From positions 149,520 to 213,519 of the forward strand of contig JBAZWC010000002.1 in the NCBI GenBank assembly GCA_041660565.1: a stretch of DNA of 64,000 nucleotides, in the 5' to 3' direction. A program made the translations under genes and the position numbers. Positions 29,522-38,615 of the stretch are shown in pieces. The stretch is from Patescibacteria group bacterium (GTDB lineage: Bacteria; Patescibacteriota; UBA1384; CAJBMM01). The notes under the pieces are model-generated. The model made no database searches. It saw only the letters and a program-made list of their open reading frames with translations, and had not been told where the DNA came from. How positions within the stretch are numbered: position 1 is the first letter of the stretch; each line of letters begins with the position of its first letter.

Positions 29522-29974
29522 ATGGATCAAGCGGAGTATCGTTCTAATCCTAACAATCTCTATCACATTTCTTGTGGCGGCGTGGTTTATCGTCAAAATA
29601 ATCAAAAAACTGAAATCGCTCTCCTCTACAAGAACAAGCGCACTGCATGGAATTTACCAAAAGGAACATTGCATCACAATGAAACTCTTGAACGCTGCTG
29701 CCTGCGCGAAATCAAAGAAGAAACTGGCTTCGAAACTATCGTTGAACAGTATCTTGGTGCGCTGACAGACCAGTGGTTCGATGAAACCCAAGGATACGAC
29801 ATCGATAAAACAGTGCATTATTTTCTGTGCAAATACGTTCCGTCTGGCAGCGAGATAATGGATGAAGAACACGACCGTGTTGAGTGGCTTGATGTCACGA
29901 AAGTTAGAGAACTCCTAACCGAGGGTCCAAAAAACGAGCATTTGATTATTGATCGAGCTGCTTTGCATTTTTGA
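29522..29974 (+). CDS. NUDIX hydrolase.
   Basis: 150 aa. Nudix box 'GTLHHNETLERCCLREIKEETGF' (Gx5Ex7REUxEExGU). Confidence 0.75.
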   Translation: MDQAEYRSNPNNLYHISCGGVVYRQNNQKTEIALLYKNKRTAWNLPKGTLHHNETLERCCLREIKEETGFETIVEQYLGALTDQWFDETQGYDIDKTVHYFLCKYVPSGSEIMDEEHDRVEWLDVTKVRELLTEGPKNEHLIIDRAALHF

Positions 29975-29978
29975 TTGA

Positions 29979-30224
29979 TTGTGCCAGAATATAAATATGG
30001 CAGATGATAACGACAAAAAACCAATTGAAAGCGATTTAGGGCAAGTTTTTGCATTCAAAAACGATATTCGCTGGTATGCCAGTGCGTTTGGCATTGCTGT
30101 AATTTTGATCGCTATTGCCTTTGTAGCGAAAGATTATCTGTTAATTTCACCCTGGATAACCGTTGCCGCCATTACTGTTTGTCTGATAGCTTTAATAGCA
30201 CACGGCCTGCAGCAGAAAAAATAA
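29979..30224 (+). CDS. Small membrane protein (two TM helices).
   Basis: 81 aa. Acidic N-terminus, then 'WYASAFGIAVILIAIAFVAK' and 'WITVAAITVCLIALIAHGL' helices. Confidence 0.35.
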   Translation: MCQNINMADDNDKKPIESDLGQVFAFKNDIRWYASAFGIAVILIAIAFVAKDYLLISPWITVAAITVCLIALIAHGLQQKK

Positions 30225-30256
30225 TTATTTAGTATTTTCATTGACCAAACCACCAT

Positions 30257-30499
30257 ATGGTGGTATTTTGTTGTTGGAAGGGAGACGGACTAATGGACGA
30301 AGTGTCTGGAGTAGTGAAGGGCATTGATCCGACCATGGGTCATATCGCCGTGGACGTTCTCGACGAAGGCATCCGACACGTTGTTCGCGCAAAGGTGCGT
30401 GATAAGGTCTCAGAAGGCGATCCGGTGGTGGTAACCAGAGCTCGCGGAACCGAGATCATCACAAGCGTTCGTCTGGCAAACTCGGGCGTTAGCAGGTAG
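30257..30499 (+). CDS. Small hypothetical protein.
   Basis: 80-aa ORF followed by two hairpins and a T-tract (terminator). Composition slightly GC-richer than the flanks. Confidence 0.3.
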   Translation: MVVFCCWKGDGLMDEVSGVVKGIDPTMGHIAVDVLDEGIRHVVRAKVRDKVSEGDPVVVTRARGTEIITSVRLANSGVSR

Positions 30500-30550
30500 C
30501 GACGCCACACTCCCTATTCAATCATCGGCCGAAAATTTCGGCCGCTCCAC

Positions 30551-30579
30551 GACGGCCGGCCTCCGGTCGTCTTTTCTTA
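30551..30579 (+). terminator. Rho-independent terminator candidate downstream of 30257..30499.
   Basis: Hairpin 'gacggccggcctccggtcgtc' followed by 'ttttctt'. It is preceded by a second perfect 9-bp-stem hairpin, 'cggccgaaaatttcggccg', at 30526-30544. Confidence 0.5.
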
Positions 30580-30630
30580 ACAAAAAAGGATTGAGTATTT
30601 AATCAATCCTCTATTCTCCACATTCCAAAT

Positions 30631-30773
30631 TGGCTTGCCATTCCGAAGCGCTAGCGAAGGATGGCGGAGAGGTATCCTACGCAAATGCTACGGAATACCA
30701 ATTCTCCTTTTCCTTCACTAATCGCTCCAAAATGGCTTGCCATTCCGAAGCGTTAGCGAAGGATGGCGGAGAG
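30631..30773. repeat. Right arm of the 112-bp inverted repeat (30662-30773) plus a 41-bp tandem partial copy (30631-30671).
   Basis: Arm 30662-30773 is the reverse complement of 29239-29350. The sequence 'tggcttgccattccgaagcg(c/t)tagcgaaggatggcggagag' occurs at 30631-30671 and again at 30733-30773. Confidence 0.85.
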
Positions 30774-30853
30774 GGTGGGATTCGAACCCACGAGGAGCTT
30801 GCACCCCTGACAGTTTTCAAGACTGCTGCACTAGACCACTATGCGACCTCTCC
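30764..30853 (-). tRNA. tRNA-Ser (anticodon TGA), type II.
   Basis: The reverse complement reads GGAGAGGTCGCATAGTGGTCTAGTGC...CTTGAAA (anticodon TGA)..., a long variable arm, ...GGGTTCGAATCCCACCCTCTCCGCCA. Confidence 0.85.
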
Positions 30854-30991
30854 ATTAATATAATCATAACATAAATTAACATCTGCGTCTATTAACGCGA
30901 AAACAACATTATAAATAATCGAATTAGTCACATTTTTTGTTAACAAAACCGACCCAGAACCACTGGCGAATGAAAAATTATTCATTAGCCG

Positions 30992-32206
30992 TTAGTTATT
31001 AGCTTGAATAATTTCTAGATATTTCTCGGCGCTAGGGAAAGTACCGCCGCTATTAGTCTTGCTCATGTCTGTGCGGAAATCATCAAACGTATAACGGGTA
31101 AAGAAAATGCGCTCGGCTCCAGCCGCAATCGCACCAGACACGCTAGTCTTAGTACTTTGGTAATTTTCTTCCCCGGTAGTACCGTAAAATGCCTCGGCTT
31201 CTGTGACCCAAATTGGCTTGGCTGTCACACCAGCATCTGAGAGCATTTTTTTGTACGCAGCCACATTAAAATCATGAGTCATACGATCATTAGAAATGCA
31301 ATGAACGTTGCCGATATCAAACGACGTCAACGCTTCAGCGTTAGTAAATACTTGACGATAAAAATTCAGCATCCGGCTATCTGCACCTGCCGCGCCAGCG
31401 ATTAAAACGTTCGCATTTGTGTCAGATTTCTTTACCGCTTGGTATGTTTTAACTAGCAACTGAGCGTATTCATCTGGTCCTTGTTTATAAAAATTCAGAC
31501 TACTTTCACCTGCCTGCGGTAGATTGTTTTGATATTGTAAATCGGGCTCATTCATTACTTCCCAGTACTTTACCGGCATTACCAGCCCGGGCATATCGTT
31601 TACCCCATCGCCGTCGTACCGCTCTACAATTTTTTGCACAAAAGTTTGGTACGCTACCCAGTCGCTCGGATTACATCGATACTGGGGAATATATGCTCCG
31701 CGACCCTTTTTATCATTCTTAGACAAAAACTCATCATTATCACCAACTTTGCAGGCTACGGGGTTGGTAAGTTTTTGTTGATCCCAATCTGCAAACGGCC
31801 AGATTGTTACCATTATTGCCACATTATTTTTCGAATAATTCTGGATTTCTTGATCGGCTAGGGTAAAATCGATCTCGCTACTAGCTGATTTCTGCATTGC
31901 ATCCCATACAAACGAACCGGGGTGCGGCCGAACCCACGCACCTCCTCGATCGATAATCGTCGACCCATCGTCTTCAGCGCCACCACCTAACCAACCAAAT
32001 TTATTTGTCAAAATCTTTTGTGATATTGATACAGGCGCGCCTGAGCTGGCGGTTGCGGATGCAGCGGTAGAGGTGCTATTTTTCTCGTTGCCTGACCGGT
32101 CTTTGACAACAAAAAACCAGATTAAAAATCCGGCGACTATTAGTACAAGTAAAGAGACGAACACCCACAACCATACCCTTGAACCATTTTGTTTATTTTC
32201 ATCCAT
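30992..32206 (-). CDS. Membrane-anchored glycoside hydrolase, GH5-like (TIM barrel).
   Basis: 404 aa. N-terminal TM anchor plus Ser/Ala-rich linker. 'KYWEVMNEPD' is the conserved NEP catalytic-acid motif of clan GH-A/GH5. A 'TEAE' candidate nucleophile region is present. Confidence 0.5.
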   Translation of the reverse strand: MDENKQNGSRVWLWVFVSLLVLIVAGFLIWFFVVKDRSGNEKNSTSTAASATASSGAPVSISQKILTNKFGWLGGGAEDDGSTIIDRGGAWVRPHPGSFVWDAMQKSASSEIDFTLADQEIQNYSKNNVAIMVTIWPFADWDQQKLTNPVACKVGDNDEFLSKNDKKGRGAYIPQYRCNPSDWVAYQTFVQKIVERYDGDGVNDMPGLVMPVKYWEVMNEPDLQYQNNLPQAGESSLNFYKQGPDEYAQLLVKTYQAVKKSDTNANVLIAGAAGADSRMLNFYRQVFTNAEALTSFDIGNVHCISNDRMTHDFNVAAYKKMLSDAGVTAKPIWVTEAEAFYGTTGEENYQSTKTSVSGAIAAGAERIFFTRYTFDDFRTDMSKTNSGGTFPSAEKYLEIIQANN

Positions 32207-32293
32207 ATTTCCCTCCCTTGTTTAATTATACAACCATATTTCAGCCCTGTACCAGAGTTGGCACAGGGCTGTTTCAGACATTGCGCTTAAAGT

Positions 32294-34069
32294 TCAGCGC
32301 TTCACCGGCGCCAGCGTCATCGTCCCACCCGGGACTAGTTTGGCGCCAAGGTTGACCGATCGCGGTGTTGACGGTCCCGACCCGTCCTTGTCTAGCAGTT
32401 GGAACCGCTTATGGGACGAGAACGGCCGATTGGCGCTGTCAGTACCATTCACCCACAGGTCAATGGTCTTGGCATGGGAATCGTACGATGTGTTTCCATA
32501 CGAATTCCAGTACTTGTCGAAAGTACACCCGATGAGCGGCAACGCATACTCGCCGTCTCGCGGCACCGTTATGTCAACCAGCGTCCGGGTATCTGGGAAA
32601 TACCCGCCGAAGAAATTGGTAGCGTACCACTGCCTCCAATATTCGGTTCCGCTCCGGTTGGAGGTTTTGAAGATGATCTCGTTAACATGGTAAGGTGCAC
32701 CGACCGTTTGCCCTCCCAACAGGTCAACGTAATAGTTCCAGCCGCTGTCAGTCGGCTTGCCGTAGTTGGTGCCGATAACAGTGATAGATGGGCCATTATT
32801 CAGCTTGGTGGCGATCAGTAAGTCAATCAACTTGTTGCTTAGACTGACGGACCAGAAATCCGTATGACCGCAACCCCACCTCCGGCTCGTATCGCGCGGC
32901 CCAAGCGTTGCTCCATCGGGCAGATGAGCGGCGCTCCCCACGGTAACAAACTGGTCATTGGTCCCACCAACCGTGTAGTATGACACGCTGTTCAGATGAT
33001 TGGTCGGGTAGTCCAGATCGTGGATGAAAGTGGACCAAGTCAGCATCTGCGTGATCGATAGCGCGATGGACTTGAGGCTGGACCACTGGCAGTCGGCGCT
33101 TTCCGGATTCATCACAGCGTCGTCACGCAGGGCAGTCAGAATCACATCAGCTTGTAACGACCCTGCGTTAGGTGTGGCCAACATGACCAGTTCTTGGACA
33201 TGATTCGACGCCCTATCTGACAGGTCAGTGTCTTGCTCAAGAGCGTAGCGAGACACCAAACCGCCCATAGAATGGGCAATCATGACGACCCGCTGTTCTT
33301 TTGGTTGTAGTTTGAGTAGGCGATTCAGCTCTTGTGCGTTCAGTGTGATATCGATCGCCCATGGATATTCGAAGGCATAAACCGCCTTGAATCCCCCTTG
33401 ACTGACAAGCGCCTGAGCAGTTGACTTCAGTTTGGAAGCGTCAGTCCACATACCGTGTACTAGCAACGCCACTCGACCGGTCGACGGGAAGACATGAGCG
33501 TCTCCTGTACCTGCAAGTAGCGAAATCTGGCAGACGGTTTCCTTTTGGTCAGAAAACGCAAGCAAGACGCCGTAGATGATAAACTGCGCCACGCCGCGGC
33601 TGGAGGATGACACTGGCATGGCAATCGTGGCCTTGCCGCCGGACTCGGTAACGTCTGCCCACTTCCACGTGGTACCATCAGACAAACGATACGCGCCCAC
33701 CAACACCGTGTTGGCTGGGTGAGTTGATGGCATGGACACAGTTGCCACACCATCGTTCACCGTCGTCGCCGTCTTGGCTTCGAACGCCAGTATCGGATTC
33801 GGAGCCGATGGTGGTTTGGACGGGATTGACGCGCCCTTGTACACCGTCGCGGTTACCGTGCCATTGGCATTCAACACGCCCGATGGGACAGAGACCGAGA
33901 CGCCGGTTGCACCTACATCAATCGTACCACCCGACGGAGTCATATCCTTGGTCACCGAGAACTTGTTCGACGCTGGCGGGGCGGGCGTTCCGCCTCCTCC
34001 ACCGCCACATCCAGACAACGTCGGCGCTGTGAACAACACGCCGATCAAGCAGACCCACGAAAGCTTCAT
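32294..34069 (-). CDS. Lipoprotein with alpha/beta-hydrolase (lipase-like, GxSxG) domain, encoded on a GC-rich island.
   Basis: 591 aa. Lipobox 'TLSGC' followed by a poly-Gly linker. 'IAHSMGGLV' nucleophile elbow. The DNA is markedly GC-richer than its surroundings. Confidence 0.5.
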   Translation of the reverse strand: MKLSWVCLIGVLFTAPTLSGCGGGGGGTPAPPASNKFSVTKDMTPSGGTIDVGATGVSVSVPSGVLNANGTVTATVYKGASIPSKPPSAPNPILAFEAKTATTVNDGVATVSMPSTHPANTVLVGAYRLSDGTTWKWADVTESGGKATIAMPVSSSSRGVAQFIIYGVLLAFSDQKETVCQISLLAGTGDAHVFPSTGRVALLVHGMWTDASKLKSTAQALVSQGGFKAVYAFEYPWAIDITLNAQELNRLLKLQPKEQRVVMIAHSMGGLVSRYALEQDTDLSDRASNHVQELVMLATPNAGSLQADVILTALRDDAVMNPESADCQWSSLKSIALSITQMLTWSTFIHDLDYPTNHLNSVSYYTVGGTNDQFVTVGSAAHLPDGATLGPRDTSRRWGCGHTDFWSVSLSNKLIDLLIATKLNNGPSITVIGTNYGKPTDSGWNYYVDLLGGQTVGAPYHVNEIIFKTSNRSGTEYWRQWYATNFFGGYFPDTRTLVDITVPRDGEYALPLIGCTFDKYWNSYGNTSYDSHAKTIDLWVNGTDSANRPFSSHKRFQLLDKDGSGPSTPRSVNLGAKLVPGGTMTLAPVKR

Positions 34070-34216
34070 AGTCTCTCTCCCCCGAGAAAAGTGTTGTTCA
34101 CGTACACTAGCTCAGCCATTACATCAACTTTGTTATAGCAGAAAAATGCATACCTGTCACGAAACTTTTGACTTTTTTTACATCATTCTTTACACTTAAA
34201 TAAATAAGGAGGGCAA

Positions 34217-34801
34217 ATGCATGTTCCCATAGAGAACATCGTTTCGGTTAGTTCTATGAAGGATAAATTAGAGAAGGCTGTTAATGATATGGGGCGTGAT
34301 GATATTTACGTCATCACTCACGGCGATAAGCCAGCTGCTGCGTTAGTTAGCATGGATCATCTTAAAAGTTTGATGAACAAAAGCGGCGAGAATGTTGATG
34401 TTCCGGCGCCAAAACCATCATCACCTTTGCCTCCACCGCCATCATTTAACTCAAACCCAACTCCGCCACCAGCTCCGATGGCGCCAAAACCATTACCGCC
34501 GCTACCGCCACTGCCTCCTTTGCCACCGGCACCTAAACCGATGATCGATGAGAAACCGGCCGATGCGCCGCTAGTAACTGAAAAAGAAGCCGACAAAGCG
34601 GTCTCAACCGGCACAGTTCTACCACCGCTACCTCCTTTGCCTCCTATCGGATCGACCCCAACTCCTCCACCAGCACCTAAACCATTTGCTCCTGAGCCAC
34701 CAAAAGTGACATCACCGTTTAGTAATTTGCCAAGCGCAGACATCAACGCTTCCAAACCGGCCGACGAGCCAGAGGAAGAAGATGGGGATAGCATACTATA
34801 G
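34217..34801 (+). CDS. Phd/YefM-like N-terminal domain fused to a long proline-rich acidic tail.
   Basis: 194 aa. The N-terminal 55 aa ('...DDIYVITHGDKPAAALVSMDHLKSL') resemble the Phd/YefM antitoxin fold. The rest is PLPPLPPLPP/PxxP repeats ending in an acidic tail. Confidence 0.4.
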   Translation: MHVPIENIVSVSSMKDKLEKAVNDMGRDDIYVITHGDKPAAALVSMDHLKSLMNKSGENVDVPAPKPSSPLPPPPSFNSNPTPPPAPMAPKPLPPLPPLPPLPPAPKPMIDEKPADAPLVTEKEADKAVSTGTVLPPLPPLPPIGSTPTPPPAPKPFAPEPPKVTSPFSNLPSADINASKPADEPEEEDGDSIL

Positions 34802-34907
34802 TAAAATTTTAAATTCTAAATTTTTAATATTAAAACAATGATGAAGAGCGGACCGAAACGTCCGCTTTTCTTGTGTTTTTGTGCTACATTAATAGAAAAG
34901 GAGAGTT

Positions 34908-35294
34908 ATGAACGAACAAGGATTTGGATCACCGGAAAAAGAAGTAAAAAGCCCTGAAGAGGCTAGAGCGGAGGCAGCTGATCGAGATTTGCGAAAGCTG
35001 GCCGAGTTAAGAGAATCCGGAGAGATCGAACCAGAAGATTTTCCGATCGACACTCTATTACAGCTTAATGAATACGACCAGCCAGTGGCTCGCAAAGATG
35101 CTGGGAATCAGGCAATCGTGATTAACCCTGGCCAATTCGAAGAGTTAGGATACATTGACTTTGTTGGGGCGGGCGGAGAGTTAATTACACTCGACTTTGA
35201 AGATCAAGTTACAACGCACCCGCTGATAATTTTCCCATCCGAACTCGGCGACTTACCAGAAAATGTCATTCCGGGCCCGGCTCAGAATTTATAA
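34908..35294 (+). CDS. Acidic hypothetical protein.
   Basis: 128-aa ORF, strongly acidic (E/D-rich), no recognisable motif. Confidence 0.3.
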   Translation: MNEQGFGSPEKEVKSPEEARAEAADRDLRKLAELRESGEIEPEDFPIDTLLQLNEYDQPVARKDAGNQAIVINPGQFEELGYIDFVGAGGELITLDFEDQVTTHPLIIFPSELGDLPENVIPGPAQNL

Positions 35295-35820
35295 TAATAA
35301 AGTTTACTTTTCCAGCATAATTATCTCGCACAGTGTATATCCCAAGGCTATGCCCGGCTTGATAGCCATTTATCGTGTTTGGGAGAGCTTGAATAGAATA
35401 TGAGTTACACAGACTGTTGAGTCTGATTAATTCTTGAAAATCCGTATCGTTTGAGACGACTACTACTCGGTTAGATACCAGCAGTACTCGTACTATTTCA
35501 GGATTAATTTGATTAAGTAACATGTCAATCTTATTCTTGACGGTGATATTCAGCTGTTCGACATTGCCTTTTCCTCGATTGCATAATAGACACAGGGTTT
35601 GATAGTTATTCAGATCTCCCGATCCCCCCTTGGAGAAAGGCTTAATGTGGTCAGCCTCCAGTTTGACCGCGTCGATCTCCAACTCAGGGTATAAAGAAGG
35701 AGACTTGCCACAAGACCGACAAGTAAAATTATCCCGTTGCAAAATTTGTAATCTTTTTTTGGCCGAAACAGGTGGCCGGCGCTTATTCTCCATTTGTTTA
35801 AAATCCCTTAACGATATCAA
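35266..35820 (-). CDS. HNH endonuclease-domain protein.
   Basis: 184 aa. 'CRSCGKS...LEADHIKPFSKGGSGDLNNYQTLCLLCNRGKGN' is the HNH motif with its Cys4 zinc site. Confidence 0.65.
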   Translation of the reverse strand: MISLRDFKQMENKRRPPVSAKKRLQILQRDNFTCRSCGKSPSLYPELEIDAVKLEADHIKPFSKGGSGDLNNYQTLCLLCNRGKGNVEQLNITVKNKIDMLLNQINPEIVRVLLVSNRVVVVSNDTDFQELIRLNSLCNSYSIQALPNTINGYQAGHSLGIYTVRDNYAGKVNFIIINSEPGPE

Positions 35821-36280
35821 CTTCTTTTTCTAGCACCGTGTCGCCCTCACCAAAGACAAACTTGGCTTTTAGCTTTTTGCCCTCTATTACCTGCGGCAAC
35901 CAAAAAATATCGTCTGGCCACATTTCTTTATATGGTAGCTTATTTACCTCAAACCATTTTGGAGACATCTCTTCAGATTCGGTTGGCTCCCCTGTCCACT
36001 TTTCGCACAAATAAGCATAGACAATTTGATTCCACTCCGGTTTATGCGGAAAAGTAAAATCTATTTCCGCAACTTTGTCTAAATCTTTTACATCAACATC
36101 AATTTCTTCTTTGGCTTCTCTAATAGCAGCTTGTTCCACCGTCTCACCTTCGTCAATTTTGCCACCAACCCCGTTCCAACGATTAACCCCGAACCCGCGC
36201 TTTTTCATCGCCAGACAAATTTGGGTTATCTTTCCCCCATCACGTTTGATTAGAAATACCAACGTAGCATTTTTCATCAT
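35798..36280 (-). CDS. NUDIX hydrolase, paralog of 29522..29974.
   Basis: 160 aa. Nudix box 'GGKIDEGETVEQAAIREAKEEIDV'. Confidence 0.7.
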   Translation of the reverse strand: MMKNATLVFLIKRDGGKITQICLAMKKRGFGVNRWNGVGGKIDEGETVEQAAIREAKEEIDVDVKDLDKVAEIDFTFPHKPEWNQIVYAYLCEKWTGEPTESEEMSPKWFEVNKLPYKEMWPDDIFWLPQVIEGKKLKAKFVFGEGDTVLEKEVDIVKGF

Positions 36281-36630
36281 CAGCCTTTCGTGATATTATT
36301 CTCCGCGTTTTTGTGGTTGTATTTAGCTAAAATCTCGGTTTTAACCTGATTAAATGCACTTTCGATATCCACATCTAGCTGATTAGCCAACCGGCACGTC
36401 GCAAAAAACAGATCACCGATACCGTCTACAAATATCTCTTTATTTTCTTGCACAAATTTGATGCGCTCCGGCTCAGACTTGTATCGCAAATGCTGTGACA
36501 TTTCAATCAACTCTTCATGCAAGTGATCAAATTTATCGACGTTGGGCACGTCTTTCCAGCCGTTTCGTTCGGCAAAAAACCGCAGCAACTCCTGCGCCTC
36601 TTTCAAGGTGGAAATTCGCTTATCTTTCAT
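36280..36630 (-). CDS. MazG-like nucleotide pyrophosphohydrolase, paralog of 28675..29061.
   Basis: 116 aa. 'HLHEELIEMSQHL' and 'VDGIGDLFFATCRLA' paired acidic helices. Its start overlaps the NUDIX stop, so the two are translationally coupled. Confidence 0.6.
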   Translation of the reverse strand: MKDKRISTLKEAQELLRFFAERNGWKDVPNVDKFDHLHEELIEMSQHLRYKSEPERIKFVQENKEIFVDGIGDLFFATCRLANQLDVDIESAFNQVKTEILAKYNHKNAENNITKG

Positions 36631-36644
36631 TTATACTCCAACAT

Positions 36645-37193
36645 TTATTCAATAACATAATCCCAACCCGGTTGCCAAGCTTTTCTTTTGCGCCAATCTT
36701 CCGCAAACGCCTGCTCCCATGATTTACCCTTGAGTAATACATCAAGCGCTAATTGCGGCGCTTTGTGAGCAACTATAGCCACAGTTTTGCCATCATAGTC
36801 ATCTTTTAGGAAACTGACGAAATTGGATATACGATTTTTAACATCCTCGTAACTCTCGCCTTCTGGAAATGGCTCGGAAATGCACTTTTCTTGCATGGGC
36901 TCGACAATTTCTGATGATTGAGCGTTAAATTTTCCATAATTGCACTCTCTTAACCGCTCGTCTATTACGATCGGCACGATCCCCTTGAAAGTCAAGTTTG
37001 CAGAGTCAATGGCTCGTTTTAAATCGGAGCAGAACACTGCATCAAACTTCTTACCCACGATTTGCTCTTTGAGATCAATTGACTGCTTGACGCCTAAGCC
37101 TGATAAGCCAACATCAAACCAACCAGACGACACCCCTTTTTCATTGTCTGTTGTAGTGCCATGAACGAAATAAGTAATGTTTATCGACATCAC
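36645..37193 (-). CDS. Histidine phosphatase superfamily (phosphoglycerate-mutase-like) protein, atypical.
   Basis: 182 aa. 'YFVHGTTTDNE' sits at the position of the RHG motif, but has V in place of R, so activity is uncertain. Confidence 0.4.
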   Translation of the reverse strand: MMSINITYFVHGTTTDNEKGVSSGWFDVGLSGLGVKQSIDLKEQIVGKKFDAVFCSDLKRAIDSANLTFKGIVPIVIDERLRECNYGKFNAQSSEIVEPMQEKCISEPFPEGESYEDVKNRISNFVSFLKDDYDGKTVAIVAHKAPQLALDVLLKGKSWEQAFAEDWRKRKAWQPGWDYVIE

Positions 37194-37972
37194 GATTTCT
37201 TTTCTAATTGCTTAACCAAATCCTTAACTCGTTCGTGGGCGTAAAGCCGGCCGGTTTCACGAATCCGAGGCATTTGCGAAAAGTCATACCAACTGAACTC
37301 TTGTACCATCGGTGTAAAGACAAAATCTGCCTTGTCTAGCTCGTAAGCGTTGATACGGCTTTCCATAATATCAAACGCGCGCGAGGCAATTTGCACTCGG
37401 CTGGGGCGACGCAGTTGTTTATTAAAATCCGCTAGTTTATATACCGATGATACGATCACAAAACCAACTCCTTGATCTTTTAATGGGCTAACAGGCAAGT
37501 TTAGGCTGATTCCCCCATCTATATAGTGATGCTCACCCACTTTTTGTATTGGGAATAACCCCGGATACGCGGCCGAAGCGATGACGCACTTAACCGGATC
37601 TCCGGTAGTAAACAATTTAACCTCACCGCTAATAATATCGGTAGCAACACACGAAAAATGAATTGGCAGCTGGTCAAATCGATCAACTTTTACAATCTTG
37701 CGAATAATTTCTTCCAGTTGTTTGAATATTCTTTCCGGACGGCGCAGGCGGATGACGTTCTTAAACGTAAAAATGCCCAGCTTATCCAGTTGGACAAAAA
37801 ATTCATCTATACCATCACTACCTTTCGCAGCGTATAAAACGCCCGCGATTGCACCTACCGATGTACCGCAAACACTGTTTATTTTGATGTGATTTTTCTC
37901 TAGACTTTCAATCACACCGGCGTGTGCCGCGCCCAGAACTCCCCCACTACTTAACGCTAATCCAATTTTCAT
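37190..37972 (-). CDS. Patatin-like phospholipase.
   Basis: 260 aa. 'LSSGGVLGAAHAG' oxyanion Gly-rich loop, 'CGTSVGAIAG' GxSxG, and 'IDGG' catalytic Asp motif. Confidence 0.7.
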   Translation of the reverse strand: MKIGLALSSGGVLGAAHAGVIESLEKNHIKINSVCGTSVGAIAGVLYAAKGSDGIDEFFVQLDKLGIFTFKNVIRLRRPERIFKQLEEIIRKIVKVDRFDQLPIHFSCVATDIISGEVKLFTTGDPVKCVIASAAYPGLFPIQKVGEHHYIDGGISLNLPVSPLKDQGVGFVIVSSVYKLADFNKQLRRPSRVQIASRAFDIMESRINAYELDKADFVFTPMVQEFSWYDFSQMPRIRETGRLYAHERVKDLVKQLEKKS

Positions 37973-38017
37973 AAGTTAATAATATCATAATATGAAATTA
38001 TTGAAGCGGTGGTGAAA

Positions 38018-38593
38018 TTATGATGGCTTTTGAATAATCAACTCTAATACCTTATGCTTATGCTCAACAGGTACGTAGTCAGTCCGTTCGAATACAACTT
38101 GATCAATGAGGCTAAATTTTGCAGTTAATCCCGCCACATCTTCTAGTTTATACGAATAATCGACTTTACCAGTTTTGTCAGATATTTCGATATTAAAATG
38201 AACAAAGAAATAGCCGTTTGGTTTTAGCGCTCTAACAATCTCCGAGATCGCTTTTTCTTTATCCACGTAGTGGATTACATTAATCATATAAAACGCATCT
38301 ACCGAATTGTCAGCAAGTTTCAATTTTTCTACATCTTGAACTTCAAACGTTAACTCCGGGTAATTTTTACGCGACAGGGCAACCTCATCGGTTTTGTTGT
38401 CGACCCCGATGGAACGAAATCCCATTTTGACAAAACAATCTACGTCGCGCCCATTTCCACATCCAATATCGACTAATAATCCGCCAAAGCCAACCTCTTT
38501 GAGAAATTTCGCAAAAGTCTCGGCATACACGGTTGGGTGGTTTTCCCAATGACGTCCATTAGAATATTTTTGGTAAAGTTTTTCTGATTTCAT
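38018..38593 (-). CDS. Class I SAM-dependent methyltransferase.
   Basis: 191 aa. 'LLVDIGCGNGRD' motif I; 'LKPNGYFFV' motif. Confidence 0.6.
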   Translation of the reverse strand: MKSEKLYQKYSNGRHWENHPTVYAETFAKFLKEVGFGGLLVDIGCGNGRDVDCFVKMGFRSIGVDNKTDEVALSRKNYPELTFEVQDVEKLKLADNSVDAFYMINVIHYVDKEKAISEIVRALKPNGYFFVHFNIEISDKTGKVDYSYKLEDVAGLTAKFSLIDQVVFERTDYVPVEHKHKVLELIIQKPS

Positions 38594-38615
38594 AGCGTAA
38601 TGTTAGCACATTTTG

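Noticed and set aside
30630-30863. 77-aa plus-strand ORF with an internal repeat (MACHSEALAKDGGE... twice).
   Set aside because: It lies entirely over the inverted-repeat arm, its tandem partial copy and the minus-strand tRNA-Ser(TGA). The peptide repeat is just the DNA direct repeat translated, so it is not a gene.
34357-34794. 145-aa minus-strand Gly/Ser-rich ORF antisense to the proline-rich gene.
   Set aside because: It is a mirror-frame artefact of the CCN-rich sense strand (GGN antisense). The sense ORF has a recognisable N-terminal domain and a sensible start context.
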